This document shows positions 50,556-61,084 of a DNA stretch of 64,000 nucleotides, one piece after another (within the stretch, counting starts at the first letter, position 1; every line of letters begins with the position of its first letter). The DNA lies in assembly GCA_963753975.1 (NCBI GenBank), contig CAVWEH010000002.1, forward strand, positions 192,001 through 256,000, written 5' to 3'. The notes below the pieces were generated by a model. That model saw nothing but the letters and a program-made list of their open reading frames with translations. It did not search any database and was not told the DNA's origin. The DNA is from an uncultured delta proteobacterium. Lineage in GTDB: Bacteria > Desulfobacterota > Syntrophia > Syntrophales > Smithellaceae. The position numbers and the translations under genes are program-made.

Positions 50556-52463
50556 ATGGAGAAAAAGATGTTGAAATCTAGTAAAGGGAAAAAACCACTT
50601 GATCGTAAACATGGTGAACTTAAGAAATTCGAATTAAAGGAAGTAGATGAGCCTAATTTATATAAAGAAATCTTCCCTTACTCTCAAGTAAGTAGGGTTG
50701 CTTTTGACCACAAAATCTTACCCGTTAGTCAAGCCAGGGAAATATTTATCACGGACACTACTTTTCGCGATGGACAGCAGGCTCGTCCTCCTTATACAGT
50801 AGAACAAATTGTTAATATTTTTCAATTGCTGAGCAAACTGGGCGGGCCCAATGGCGTAATCCGGCAATCAGAATTTTTCCTTTACAGCAAAAAAGATAAG
50901 GAAGCGGTAGAAAAGTGTCAGGCGCTGGGTCTACGTTACCCGGAGATCACCGGTTGGATCAGAGCGGCAAAAGAAGATATATCGTTAGTTAAAAACGCGG
51001 GCATCAAAGAAACAGGATTGCTCACATCAGTTTCCGATTACCACATTTTTCTTAAGCTGAACAAAAAAAGAAGCGAAGCCATGGATAATTATCTGGGTAT
51101 CGTTAAATCCATTTTGGAATTAGGCATCATTCCCCGCTGCCATTTCGAAGACGTTACCCGCGCGGATATTTACGGCTTTTGTGTCCCCTTTGCGCTGGAA
51201 CTAATGAAACTGAGAGAAGAAAGCGGCATCGACATTAAAATCAGGCTCTGCGATACAATGGGCTACGGCATAACATATCCCGGAGCGGCTCTTCCCCGCA
51301 GTGTTGATAAGCTGGTCCGCGCCTTTATCGATGAAGCCGGGGTGCCCGGCCATCTTTTGGAATGGCATGGCCACAATGATTTTCACCGAGCCATGACCAA
51401 TGCCACGACTGCCTGGCTTTATGGCTGCAGCGCGGCCAATTCGACCCTTTTAGGCCTCGGCGAACGTACCGGTAATCCCCCGATTGAAGGTTTGATCATT
51501 GAATATATAGCGCTTAAAGGAAATAACAACGGCATTGATACAACGGTTATCACCGATATCGCCGAATATTTTGAAGCCGAACTGGGGGTGAAGATACCTC
51601 ACAATTATCCTTTTGTCGGTTCGGAGTTTAATGCCACCAGCGCCGGAGTTCATGCCGATGGTCTCATTAAATGCGAAGAGATTTATAACATATTTGATAC
51701 CAATAAAATTTTAAAACGACCAATTACCACAATGATCACCGACAAATCCGGTAACGCCGGTATAGCCTTTTGGATTAATCAACGCTTCAGTCTTGAAGGC
51801 AACAAAACCGTGGATAAAAGGCATCCGGGAGTTTCTAAAATCAATAAGTGGATTACAGAACAATATGATTCCGGCCGGGTTACCACGATTTCTCCCGAAG
51901 AAATGGAAAAAAAGGTGCGCTTGTATTTGCCGGAATATTTTATGTCGGCATTAGAAAAAATTAAATTTATAGCGGAAGAAGCCGCCGTGGCTGCAGTTAG
52001 TAAGATTATTGAACATCCATTAATGAAGAGCATGAATACCGGGAAGCAAGAGCCTCTGATGCAAGAATTCGTTGATGAACATCCGTCTATTCAGTTTGCC
52101 TACATTGTGGATATGAACGGCAGAAAGACTACTAAAAACATTACCAACATTGCCGATCGTGCTAAATATGAAAATTATGGGGTAGGCATCGACCAATCCG
52201 ACCGGGAATGGTTTATAAAACCTCTACAAACGGGCAAAGTTCATGTTACCGATTTCTTCATCTCCAAAATGACCGGTGTTTTATGTTTCACCGTTTCCGC
52301 GCCTATCGTTAATGATAAAGATGAAATGACCGGTATTTTCGGCGTAGATATTCAGTTTGAGGATTGGGTTAAGAGTGCAGAAGATATGGAGGACATGGAC
52401 CACATAGCTTTACGTGCAGAATACGAAGAGGTAAAAAGTAAAGCGAAATACGATAGACACTGA
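50556..52463 (+). CDS. Re-citrate-synthase-like DRE-TIM enzyme with C-terminal Cache/PDC-like domain
   Basis: ITDTTFRDGQQAR, H.HNDF, G.GERTGN, AGVHADG; C-terminal DREWF..P...GK..VT...S..TG....TVSAPI....G.FGVDI. Confidence 0.8.
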   Translation: MEKKMLKSSKGKKPLDRKHGELKKFELKEVDEPNLYKEIFPYSQVSRVAFDHKILPVSQAREIFITDTTFRDGQQARPPYTVEQIVNIFQLLSKLGGPNGVIRQSEFFLYSKKDKEAVEKCQALGLRYPEITGWIRAAKEDISLVKNAGIKETGLLTSVSDYHIFLKLNKKRSEAMDNYLGIVKSILELGIIPRCHFEDVTRADIYGFCVPFALELMKLREESGIDIKIRLCDTMGYGITYPGAALPRSVDKLVRAFIDEAGVPGHLLEWHGHNDFHRAMTNATTAWLYGCSAANSTLLGLGERTGNPPIEGLIIEYIALKGNNNGIDTTVITDIAEYFEAELGVKIPHNYPFVGSEFNATSAGVHADGLIKCEEIYNIFDTNKILKRPITTMITDKSGNAGIAFWINQRFSLEGNKTVDKRHPGVSKINKWITEQYDSGRVTTISPEEMEKKVRLYLPEYFMSALEKIKFIAEEAAVAAVSKIIEHPLMKSMNTGKQEPLMQEFVDEHPSIQFAYIVDMNGRKTTKNITNIADRAKYENYGVGIDQSDREWFIKPLQTGKVHVTDFFISKMTGVLCFTVSAPIVNDKDEMTGIFGVDIQFEDWVKSAEDMEDMDHIALRAEYEEVKSKAKYDRH

Positions 52464-52517
52464 TGAAACTCACATTTACAACTTCTCCGAATTTATGAGG
52501 AGAGTTGCAAAGGTGTA

Positions 52518-52561
52518 AGTAGAACCGTCCTGCAAGCTACGCTTGCGGGACGGTTCTACTT
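52518..52561. terminator. Long hairpin between convergent genes (bidirectional terminator or REP)
   Basis: AAGTAGAACCGTCCTGCAAGC-TAC-GCTTGCGGGACGGTTCTACTT. Confidence 0.7.
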
Positions 52562-52598
52562 GCAAATATTACTGCACTACTTTTGTAATATTTGAGTC

Positions 52599-54566
52599 TC
52601 ACTCGTCGTAAAGTTTCCACTGTTCAAACGGACGATTTTTGTCCCCGGCAGAAAGTGGAACTATTTCTTTGATGAAACGCGATTGCACCAGCATTATATT
52701 CCCTAAAGCGCGGTTATAATCCAAAGCCGGGCAACACAGGTATAACTGATCTTTCGCCCGCGTCAAGGCAACATAAAAAAGTCTTCTTTCTTCTTCTTCG
52801 CCGTTTGGTTCCCTAAGTGCACGCTCTAGAGGAATCATACCGTCGACACACCAAATTAAGAATACATATGACCATTCCAGCCCCTTGGCCTGATGAATTG
52901 TAGTCAATATTACCTTACTTTCTTTCTCTTCTTCCTCGAAAGCTTCCTCCTGAGCCATATTCGTCAGCAGAGCCAATTCATTTAAAAAATCTTCCAATTG
53001 TGAATATTTAGCCGCAAAATTTCCCAATTGCATCAAATCTTCCTCTCGCGACACAGCATCCGAGTAATTTCCCTGCAAATGAAACCGATAACCTCCTCTG
53101 TTTAACAGAACATCAATTATTTTCTGGGGTGTTCGATCGTACGGATGTAACTCTAAAATCGTCTGCATTGTTTTACGGCACCGTTCTATTCCTGCCTTTG
53201 CCGGAACCGGCACAACTTGCATAAATTCATTCGTCAAAAATGCTTCTAGGGCATTATCTTTTTTTGATAAATATTTCCAAATTTTATTAAAAGTTATCTT
53301 TCCTACTTTGGGATACATTGTCAGAGCACGTCTCCAGGCCATTTCATCTAAAGGATTAACTAAAATCCTCATGAATGAAGTCACATCTTTAATATGTGCC
53401 TGTTCAAAAAAACGTATACCGGAACGAATATCGAAAGGAATGTCTCTGCGCACCAATTCCATCTGTAATTCCATGGAATGGTAATGGGCACGGTAAAGGA
53501 CGGCCATTTCGTGTAGGGGCACGCCGCCGCGGTTCAATTCTTCAATTCTCTGTGCTACAAAATCAGCCTGCTTCAAAACATTTTCAGCGTAGACCATGAC
53601 CGGCCGCATGCCGCTTGCGCGCACCGCCCTTAAGACCTTGGGAAATTGTTTCTCATTATTATTGATACTTAAATTCGCCAAATGCAGGATTTCCGGGGTG
53701 CTCCGATAATTGGTTTCCAATTTATAGATTTTACAATCCGGATAGCGCCGCGGAAATTCAATTATATTGCTGAAACTTGCGCCGCGAAAGGAATAAATAC
53801 TTTGTGAATCGTCGCCTACTACCATTAAATTCCGATGCCCGGTGGCCAAAATATCGATGATATCCGCCTGAATGATATTGACATCCTGATACTCATCTAC
53901 CAGAATATACTGGAATCTGCCGGAAATATTTTTTAAGATATCAGAATTCTCCATTAAAAGCCTGCGGCAATTTTGGAGGAGATCATCAAAATCCATTACG
54001 GATAGCTCTTGCTTTTTTTGGATATACAGACATGCTATTTGATTGATTTCATTTGATAAATGGGAAAAAAGCGGAAATCTCAATTCCAGCACGTCCTCGA
54101 GTGAATTTTGGGTGTTAAAGGCCAAACTCAGTATTTCGACAATGACATTGCTTTGAGGAAAGCGGCCGAGCTTCGGGTCAATTTTCAATTCGGAAAGACA
54201 AGTAGCGATCAACTGGCGTGAATCTTCACTATCCAATATGGAAAAATTATTTCGATAGCCGAGGCGGCCAGCGTAACTTCTCAAGAATATATGAGCAATA
54301 TGATGAAAAGTGCCGCCCATTATTTTTCCGGCATATAAGCTAACGAGGCTCTGTACTCGATTTAACATGGAGCGGGCTGCTTTGTTGGTGAATGTGGCGA
54401 GCAGAATATTTTCCGGCGGAATGCCGCTTTCCAAGAGCCGGGCAACGCGGTATGTTAATGTTCTTGTTTTGCCGCTTCCCGCTCCGGCCAAAACAAGAAG
54501 CACTCCGCCTTCTTCCATTACAACGCGATATTGCTCCGGATTGAGTTCTTTTTCATAATCAATCAT
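52599..54566 (-). CDS. UvrD/PcrA-family ATP-dependent helicase
   Basis: LAGAGSGKT, VDEYQD, VGDDSQSIYSFRGA, NYRS, TIHQAKGLEW, EERRLFYVALTRAK. Confidence 0.95.
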   Translation of the reverse strand: MIDYEKELNPEQYRVVMEEGGVLLVLAGAGSGKTRTLTYRVARLLESGIPPENILLATFTNKAARSMLNRVQSLVSLYAGKIMGGTFHHIAHIFLRSYAGRLGYRNNFSILDSEDSRQLIATCLSELKIDPKLGRFPQSNVIVEILSLAFNTQNSLEDVLELRFPLFSHLSNEINQIACLYIQKKQELSVMDFDDLLQNCRRLLMENSDILKNISGRFQYILVDEYQDVNIIQADIIDILATGHRNLMVVGDDSQSIYSFRGASFSNIIEFPRRYPDCKIYKLETNYRSTPEILHLANLSINNNEKQFPKVLRAVRASGMRPVMVYAENVLKQADFVAQRIEELNRGGVPLHEMAVLYRAHYHSMELQMELVRRDIPFDIRSGIRFFEQAHIKDVTSFMRILVNPLDEMAWRRALTMYPKVGKITFNKIWKYLSKKDNALEAFLTNEFMQVVPVPAKAGIERCRKTMQTILELHPYDRTPQKIIDVLLNRGGYRFHLQGNYSDAVSREEDLMQLGNFAAKYSQLEDFLNELALLTNMAQEEAFEEEEKESKVILTTIHQAKGLEWSYVFLIWCVDGMIPLERALREPNGEEEERRLFYVALTRAKDQLYLCCPALDYNRALGNIMLVQSRFIKEIVPLSAGDKNRPFEQWKLYDE

Positions 54567-54576
54567 TTAAATTGTA

Positions 54577-55254
54577 TTAACCGGTAACAGCTCTTTTCTT
54601 TATTTCTATATTTTTAGCACATTTTTTAATTTCCGCAACGGTTTCCGGGGCAATTAGCGATGGGACATTTTCCAAGAAACCTTCGCTTTTATAGAAACCA
54701 ATAAGCGGCGCGGTTTTTTGGTTGTATATCTTTATTCTGTCGGCTATTGCTTCGGCTGTCTCGTCTTCTCTCTGGATAACATCATGCCCGCATTTTTTAC
54801 ATTTTCCTCCCGGGGCCGGAGGATTATTTTTAACATTGTAAATTTCCTGACAAGACGAATTTACACATGTTCGTCTGGTAGTGAGCCTCTCTAAAATAAT
54901 ATTTACCGGAACTTCCAAATTGACCACAAAATCCAGTTCTATGCTAAGTTTCGCCAGTATTTTTTTTAATTCCTGCGCTTGCTGTATCGTCCGGGGAAAA
55001 CCGTCCAATATAAACCCATTCCGGCAATCAGGCTCCTGCAAACGCGCTTCCATGATCTCCATTATCAGCAAATCGGGAACAAGATCACCGCTATCCATGT
55101 ATTTTTTTGCTTTTTTCCCTAAATCGGTTCCCCTTTTGACCGCTGAACGTAAAATATCTCCGGTGGATATTTGAATCGAACCGTCGAATTCCGTAAGAAG
55201 TTTTGCGACTGTGCCCTTCCCTGCTCCCGGAGATCCTAATAAAATTATTCTCAT
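54577..55254 (-). CDS. adk: Adenylate kinase
   Basis: LLGSPGAGKGT, ISTGDILR, GFILDGFPRT, zinc lid. Confidence 0.96.
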   Translation of the reverse strand: MRIILLGSPGAGKGTVAKLLTEFDGSIQISTGDILRSAVKRGTDLGKKAKKYMDSGDLVPDLLIMEIMEARLQEPDCRNGFILDGFPRTIQQAQELKKILAKLSIELDFVVNLEVPVNIILERLTTRRTCVNSSCQEIYNVKNNPPAPGGKCKKCGHDVIQREDETAEAIADRIKIYNQKTAPLIGFYKSEGFLENVPSLIAPETVAEIKKCAKNIEIKKRAVTG

Positions 55255-55291
55255 GTTTATCTCCAAATTAATTTTTTAAATCATGGATATT

Positions 55292-55394
55292 AACCCCGAT
55301 TCAAGCTGCGGGGCCTCATACCCCTAGCTTTTACGGGATTGTTCAACTAATCAACTCCGATACGCTTCGCTTTCGGAATTGGAGTTTCACTAAG
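55292..55394. repeat. Palindromic REP/MITE-like element (family B)
   Basis: GTTCAACTAA..ACTCCGA TACGCTTCGCTT TCGGAATTGGAGTTTCACTA; matches 20644-20672 and 3583-3632. Confidence 0.75.
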
Positions 55395-55454
55395 AAATGA
55401 TGTGCGCTTATAATGTAAAATATTTTTACGGTCAAGTGAATATAGTTTTTGTAG

Positions 55455-56283
55455 TCAATATTGATCTTTAGTCAATGTTTTAATTTCAAAAATACTCGGC
55501 CAGAATTTCCCGGTAACAAAAATTCTGTCACCGCTTTCATCATAGGCTATTCCATTTAGTACATCTATATTTTCATTCCTGGGAATTAAGGAATACAACA
55601 GGCGTAAATCTACCCATCCTAAAACTTTACCTGTTACCGGCGAAATACGCACAATCAAGTCTTTTTGAAAAATGTTTGCCCAAATTTCTCCTTTAATAAA
55701 TTCCAGCTCATTGAGATTGCCAATTTGTTGTTGTCCTTCGTGAACAATAATTTTTCGGACAACGACAAAAGTCACCGGGTCAATACAGGAAATAACCGCT
55801 GATCCATTGCTCATAAACAGGTATTGGCCGTCTGTTGTTATCCCCCAACCTTCCCCTTCATAGGAAAATGTTCTTATTTTCTTGAATTCTCTCAGATCGT
55901 AAACAAAGCCGGTTTTGTTCTGCCATGTGAGCTGATAAATATTTTTGCCGAGAATAGTTATTCCTTCGCCAAAATATTCAGGCGCCAATTTAATTATCTT
56001 GATAATTTTTCCTGTTTTAAGATCTACCTTTCTTAAAGTTGATTTTCCGTAGAGACCTGTAGATTCATATAAATATCCTTGGTGATAAACAAGGCCCTGT
56101 GTAAATGCATCAGATATCATGCGGAAAAATGTTGATGACTTTTATTGCAGATATGGGGGCTTTTGTTTTCCCTAGAAGAACGTAGGACGGCCATTGCCGA
56201 ACTTTATCGGCGGCCAGGGCGGACCCAAGGCCAAGGAAAAGCACGGGCAGCAATAGAATAATTCGTACTGGATTCATCCGCAT
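55455..56283 (-). CDS. Glutaminyl-peptide cyclotransferase (frameshift near 56120)
   Basis: AFTQGL, ESTGLYG, FGEG, EGWG and LNELE motifs; the signal peptide and FPHD lie upstream in another frame. Confidence 0.88.
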
Positions 56284-57308
56284 CAACCGCCAAAACCGAT
56301 TTGCCGGGCGTATTCAAATTGACTTCCCCAGGGAATATTTCGGTGCGCTTGATCAATACAATCAGCGCCTACTAGCTTAATTGATTCAGCATCGGCCGTA
56401 ACCGGATGATAGGCTCCGATAAAACCTTTATCCTCGGCAATTGTGCGATGATTGCCCGGCAAACAATCGCATTCGGCTACAATATTAAGCAAAGCATTGA
56501 TAATAACAGTTTTATTTTGGATTATTCTCCAGACCGCAGCAGCCGTCTCCACAAGCTTTTCCTGAAATATTTTAATATCGGTTTCCCAAATTATCTGGAG
56601 CGCCGTTTCCGGACACATGGCAATGCACTGCGCGCAGCCGATACACTTAGTCAGATCGTAAGAAGGGTATACATCTCCTTCCATTTTTGCTGCTCCGGTA
56701 GGACAAACTTCCACACATTCGCCGCACTGAACACATTTAGCCTCGATGAGCATTGGTTTCGCGTCGGCATGCATACGTTGCTTTTGTGCTCGCGATGCGA
56801 AACCCATGGAAATATTTTTTATCGCTCCTCCAAATCCGGTTTCCATATGCCCTTTGAAATGGGAGAAAATAATAAAGCCATCCGCTTCCTCAACAATTTT
56901 CCCGACTTGAACTTTCTCAAAATTTTTATAATCTGCCCGTAAATCAATAACACTTTTACCATCAAGGCCATCGCCTATTTTTACGGGGCAACCCAAATAA
57001 TCCTGGCTATAGTTATGCGTTTCCGCGGTTTTTAGTGATTGTTTCCCATCACGTCTTCCGCCGGAGTAAAGAACCGTATTATCAAAAACAAAGGGATTAA
57101 AATTATTTTCCTTCAACCAGCGGACAATTTCTCTGGCGTATAGCGGCGGCAGGAAATTTTTATTGCCGATTTCTCCCCAGTGCAATTTGATCCCGATAGA
57201 ATCATTTTTTTTAAAAGGCACATGAATCCATTGCAGAACGGCATTTAAAGCCGTAAGCCGTGATTCTTCCGTCGATAAACATTTTTCGTATAAGATGGGT
57301 TTATTCAT
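56283..57308 (-). CDS. DUF362 iron-sulfur protein
   Basis: IKLHWGE, SHFKGH...GFGGAIKN.SMG, two 4Fe-4S motifs, CDC. Confidence 0.88.
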   Translation of the reverse strand: MNKPILYEKCLSTEESRLTALNAVLQWIHVPFKKNDSIGIKLHWGEIGNKNFLPPLYAREIVRWLKENNFNPFVFDNTVLYSGGRRDGKQSLKTAETHNYSQDYLGCPVKIGDGLDGKSVIDLRADYKNFEKVQVGKIVEEADGFIIFSHFKGHMETGFGGAIKNISMGFASRAQKQRMHADAKPMLIEAKCVQCGECVEVCPTGAAKMEGDVYPSYDLTKCIGCAQCIAMCPETALQIIWETDIKIFQEKLVETAAAVWRIIQNKTVIINALLNIVAECDCLPGNHRTIAEDKGFIGAYHPVTADAESIKLVGADCIDQAHRNIPWGSQFEYARQIGFGG

Positions 57309-57996
57309 GATTCAAACAATGCTTTTTTCGGAAGAGCATCTGCCGAACGCAGATAGACAGGAGTTAATGTTTCGACATTTAGCAAATCTTTCCGGTGAAA
57401 TTTCTTAATACCTAAAATACCAACAGATGAAGCCTGGATATATTTGGGTAGTTTTGAATTAATTACTATTTTTTTATCTTTGCCTATAAGGTCGGCATAG
57501 TTAACGGCCCCATCACCGACCAATATCTACTTTCTTCATCGATATCGGATAATATATTTTCCGGTTGAACTGCCTTTTCCGCACCAATCTGCTTTAAATA
57601 TTCATTTTTATCATAGCGGTAAAAAGCCGCGTAAATCTGCCCCCGTCCGGCATCCATGATGGAACATATTAAATTGGAAGTTTTGCCGGCGTTTAATGCC
57701 AGTGCCGCCAAGGAAGAAATTCCGGCGGCAGGTTTTCCTGTAGCCAACATCAATCCCTTAAGAGTACTGACACCGATACGCAGGCCGGTGAATGAACCGG
57801 GACCCACCGTGCAGGCAAACAAATCAACATCTTTAATTTTAACCGATACTGCCATTAAAGCATGATCAATTTCCGGCAACAATACTTCCGAATGTTTTAA
57901 GCCTGTATCGATGATGTTATCATACAGTATATCGCCATCTCTTAACAAAGCGACGGCGGCAGTTTTAGAAGAAGTATCAAAAGCTAAGGTTAACAT
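57305..57996 (-). CDS. tsaB: tRNA threonylcarbamoyladenosine biosynthesis protein TsaB (frameshift near 57525)
   Basis: LAFDTSS, HSE.LLP, GPGSFTGLRIG, DA.RGQ.Y; VGDGA...P.YLR in the second frame. Confidence 0.92.
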
Positions 57997-57999
57997 TGC

Positions 58000-59097
58000 T
58001 CATTTGAAATATTTCATAATATCGTCAATAAATTTAAGATTCAGCCGTTCAACATCGATTATGACGACAAATATCATTAGCAACATCAAAAACATAAACC
58101 CGATTTGCTGAAAAATACCCTGCCATTTCATACTCACCGGTTTACGCCGGACAAGTTCAATAACATTGAACATTATATGGCCGCCGTCAAGAATAGGGAT
58201 CGGAAAAAGATTAATTATGGCTAAATTTACGGAAAGCAGAGCCATTAAAAAAAGAAAGGGGACAATTCCTTCCTTGGCCACTGCACCGGCTGCTTGAGCA
58301 ATAAATATCGGCCCGCCCAAATTTCTCGGAGAAACTTCGCCCTTAAGCATTTTGATGACGACAATAATCGTCAGTTCACTGAATTGCCAGGTTTTTTTCA
58401 ACGCAATAATTGATGATTCCCCAAGATTTCTTCTTTCTATCACAACATTGTTCGAAGGAGTAATCCCGACAAGATAAGCTGATACCTCTTCCCCAAAAAT
58501 ATTATGTGTTTTTGACAATCTGGGCTTAATAAATGCTTTTTTTGTTTGAGTTCCTCTTTCCACGACAAATTCCAGCGTCTGGCCTTTGCTCTCAGCTATT
58601 ATCGGTTTTATCTCCTCCCAATATGTTATCTTATTTCCACTAATAGAAATGATTCTGTCGCCATTAACCATACCTGCTTCAAAAGCGGCGGATTTTTTTT
58701 GTACTTCGCCTACCACATTGCTTAACGTCGGAACACCATACGTATAGATAAAGGCATAAATCAACACTGCTAATAAAAAATTGAAAAAAGGCCCCGCAAA
58801 GATAATCATTATTCTTTTCCAGATCGGTTTTTTTAAAAACGACAGTCTTTCGTCTTCGGCCGATAATTTTTCGCTTCCATCTTCTCCGAGAAGCTTAACG
58901 TAGCCGCCTAAAGGAATCAGAGAAAGAACATATTCTGTTTTTCCTATTTTTTTCCCGACTATTTTCGGACCGAATCCCAGAGAAAATTTAGCTACACCTA
59001 CACCGGCAAAACGCGCCGCCAGAAAATGGCCAAATTCATGAAAAAAAATCAATACACCCAATAAAATTATAACGGAAACAATGGATATTCCTATCAA
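58000..59097 (-). CDS. rseP: RIP metalloprotease RseP
   Basis: HEFGH, PLGGYVK, AGPFFN, PDZ domain, NLFPIPILDGGH; TTG start overlapping the dxr stop. Confidence 0.94.
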   Translation of the reverse strand: MIGISIVSVIILLGVLIFFHEFGHFLAARFAGVGVAKFSLGFGPKIVGKKIGKTEYVLSLIPLGGYVKLLGEDGSEKLSAEDERLSFLKKPIWKRIMIIFAGPFFNFLLAVLIYAFIYTYGVPTLSNVVGEVQKKSAAFEAGMVNGDRIISISGNKITYWEEIKPIIAESKGQTLEFVVERGTQTKKAFIKPRLSKTHNIFGEEVSAYLVGITPSNNVVIERRNLGESSIIALKKTWQFSELTIIVVIKMLKGEVSPRNLGGPIFIAQAAGAVAKEGIVPFLFLMALLSVNLAIINLFPIPILDGGHIMFNVIELVRRKPVSMKWQGIFQQIGFMFLMLLMIFVVIIDVERLNLKFIDDIMKYFK

Positions 59098-60257
59098 GAT
59101 ATCATCCTTTCTATGTTTTTTTTCGCTTGCCTTCTCGCCCACTGATCAGCTTGAAGTATTTCTTCTAAAGAGGGATCAACTGACGAATCATGTATATTAA
59201 GAACTTTTTCAATTATTTCGGATAAATCGGTAAATTTTATTTTTTCGTCTAAATAAGCTTCTACGGCGATTTCATTGGCGGCATTTAAAACAGCCGGAGC
59301 AGTACCTCCACAAATGCCGGCCATGTAGGCCAACCCCAGACACGGAAACTTATTTATATCTGGCTGGGAAAATTCCAAATTTTGAGCTTCCGCAAGATTA
59401 AGAGACGGTAAATCATTGGTTATCCTTTCAGGATAAGTTAAAGCGTAGGTAATAGGTATTCTCATATCGGGAATGCCCATTTGTGCCAAAACAGCGCCGT
59501 CAATGAACTCAACCATGGAATGCACTATGCTCTGCGGATGAATTAGAACATCAATATTGGCGATGTCCATATTAAACAGCCATTTTGCCTCGATTACTTC
59601 CAACCCTTTGTTCATTAAGGAAGCTGAATCGATAGTTATTTTCTTGCCCATTTTCCACCTTGGATGTTGCAACGCCTGACGGGGCTTCACTTCTTTTAAT
59701 TCGTTCTTAGTAAAATTTAAAAAAGGTCCGCCGGAAGCGGTCAAAATTATCCGCCGTATATTTTTGTATTTTTTCCCCTCTAAACACTGAAATATCGCAC
59801 TGTGTTCGCTGTCAACGGGAATTATATTTACACCTTTCTTTTTTGCTTTTTTTGTTACAATATCTCCGGCTATTACCATTGTCTCTTTGTTGGCTAAAGC
59901 TACATCCTTACCCGCTTCAATCGCCGCTAGTGTCGGCATTAAACCGACAGCTCCCGATATACAGGAAATTACGATATTTGCCGAGGGGAAAGAAGCAATT
60001 TCTTTTAAAGCATTTTCACCGTAAAGAATTTTGATCTTGTCCTTAACTCCTAGCGCTGCCTGTAATTTTTGGGCGCTTTCTTTAGTACCTACAGCTACTA
60101 TTTTTGGCCGAAATTTGATTATTTGCTCCCTTAGTAGTGCTATATTTCGACCCGCGGCTAGCGCCACGATTTGAAAACGTTCCGGATTTTTTCTTACAAT
60201 ATCAAGCGCATTACATCCAATCGAACCTGTTGAGCCTAAAATCGCTATTCTCTTCAT
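59094..60257 (-). CDS. dxr: 1-deoxy-D-xylulose 5-phosphate reductoisomerase
   Basis: ILGSTGSIG, LANKE, PVDSEHSAIFQ, LTASGGPF, NKGLEVIEA. Confidence 0.97.
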   Translation of the reverse strand: MKRIAILGSTGSIGCNALDIVRKNPERFQIVALAAGRNIALLREQIIKFRPKIVAVGTKESAQKLQAALGVKDKIKILYGENALKEIASFPSANIVISCISGAVGLMPTLAAIEAGKDVALANKETMVIAGDIVTKKAKKKGVNIIPVDSEHSAIFQCLEGKKYKNIRRIILTASGGPFLNFTKNELKEVKPRQALQHPRWKMGKKITIDSASLMNKGLEVIEAKWLFNMDIANIDVLIHPQSIVHSMVEFIDGAVLAQMGIPDMRIPITYALTYPERITNDLPSLNLAEAQNLEFSQPDINKFPCLGLAYMAGICGGTAPAVLNAANEIAVEAYLDEKIKFTDLSEIIEKVLNIHDSSVDPSLEEILQADQWARRQAKKNIERMIS

Positions 60258-61054
60258 TAACCAATCACGAATATCCGGTAATAATAAACGAAAGGCACTA
60301 TGAAAATCAGGCAATCCATCCGATCCAAAAGGCCGCCATGCCCGGGTAGAAGCGAACTTGCATCTTTGAGCCCGTAATTTCTCTTAATCGCCGATTCAAA
60401 AAGATCTCCCAACTGCCCGATTATACTTCCCACAAAAGCAAGAATGAAAATATGGATCAGGGATATTTCCGGTAAGCAAAAATAACTGAAAATTAAGCAA
60501 GCTACAACGCTGCCGCAGACAAGACCAATTGTTCCTTCCACTGTTTTACCCGGACTTACTGCGGGAATTAATTTATTTTTACCGAAATATTTTCCAACAT
60601 ACAATGCCACTGTGTCTCCCGCAAAGGCAAGAACTAAAATAAACAAGACCCAAAATACTCCGTTTCCCAGCATTCTCAGCAAAATGAGATGAGACATCAA
60701 AAAAGGTATGTACATAATTCCGAAAATAACTTTTGCCACTGATGAAATATCAATGTTTGATTCTTTAACCTGCCAAAGAAATAGAATAAATACTGATAAA
60801 ACACAAAATGTTATAACGGCAATTAATATTCGGCTATTGTTATATAAAACAGTCGCTGGTATTAAAACGGCAAAAATCAAGCCCTCGATTTTTTCCTTGA
60901 AAAACCCTTCACCAAAAACGATATTATTGTATTCCCAGACGCCGCCGAATATGAATATAGTAATAACGGCAGCCAGTGCCTCCGTAGAGCCGACTAAAAT
61001 AATTACAAGTATTACAGCCGCTAAAATAACACCGGTCAACCATCTTTTTTGCAT
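60257..61054 (-). CDS. cdsA: Phosphatidate cytidylyltransferase
   Basis: SPGKTVEG, GDLFES.IKR..G.KD....PGHGG.LDR.D. Confidence 0.96.
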   Translation of the reverse strand: MQKRWLTGVILAAVILVIILVGSTEALAAVITIFIFGGVWEYNNIVFGEGFFKEKIEGLIFAVLIPATVLYNNSRILIAVITFCVLSVFILFLWQVKESNIDISSVAKVIFGIMYIPFLMSHLILLRMLGNGVFWVLFILVLAFAGDTVALYVGKYFGKNKLIPAVSPGKTVEGTIGLVCGSVVACLIFSYFCLPEISLIHIFILAFVGSIIGQLGDLFESAIKRNYGLKDASSLLPGHGGLLDRMDCLIFIVPFVYYYRIFVIG

Positions 61055-61084
61055 ATGTTCCCCGTTTTCAAAATTATTTTATCC

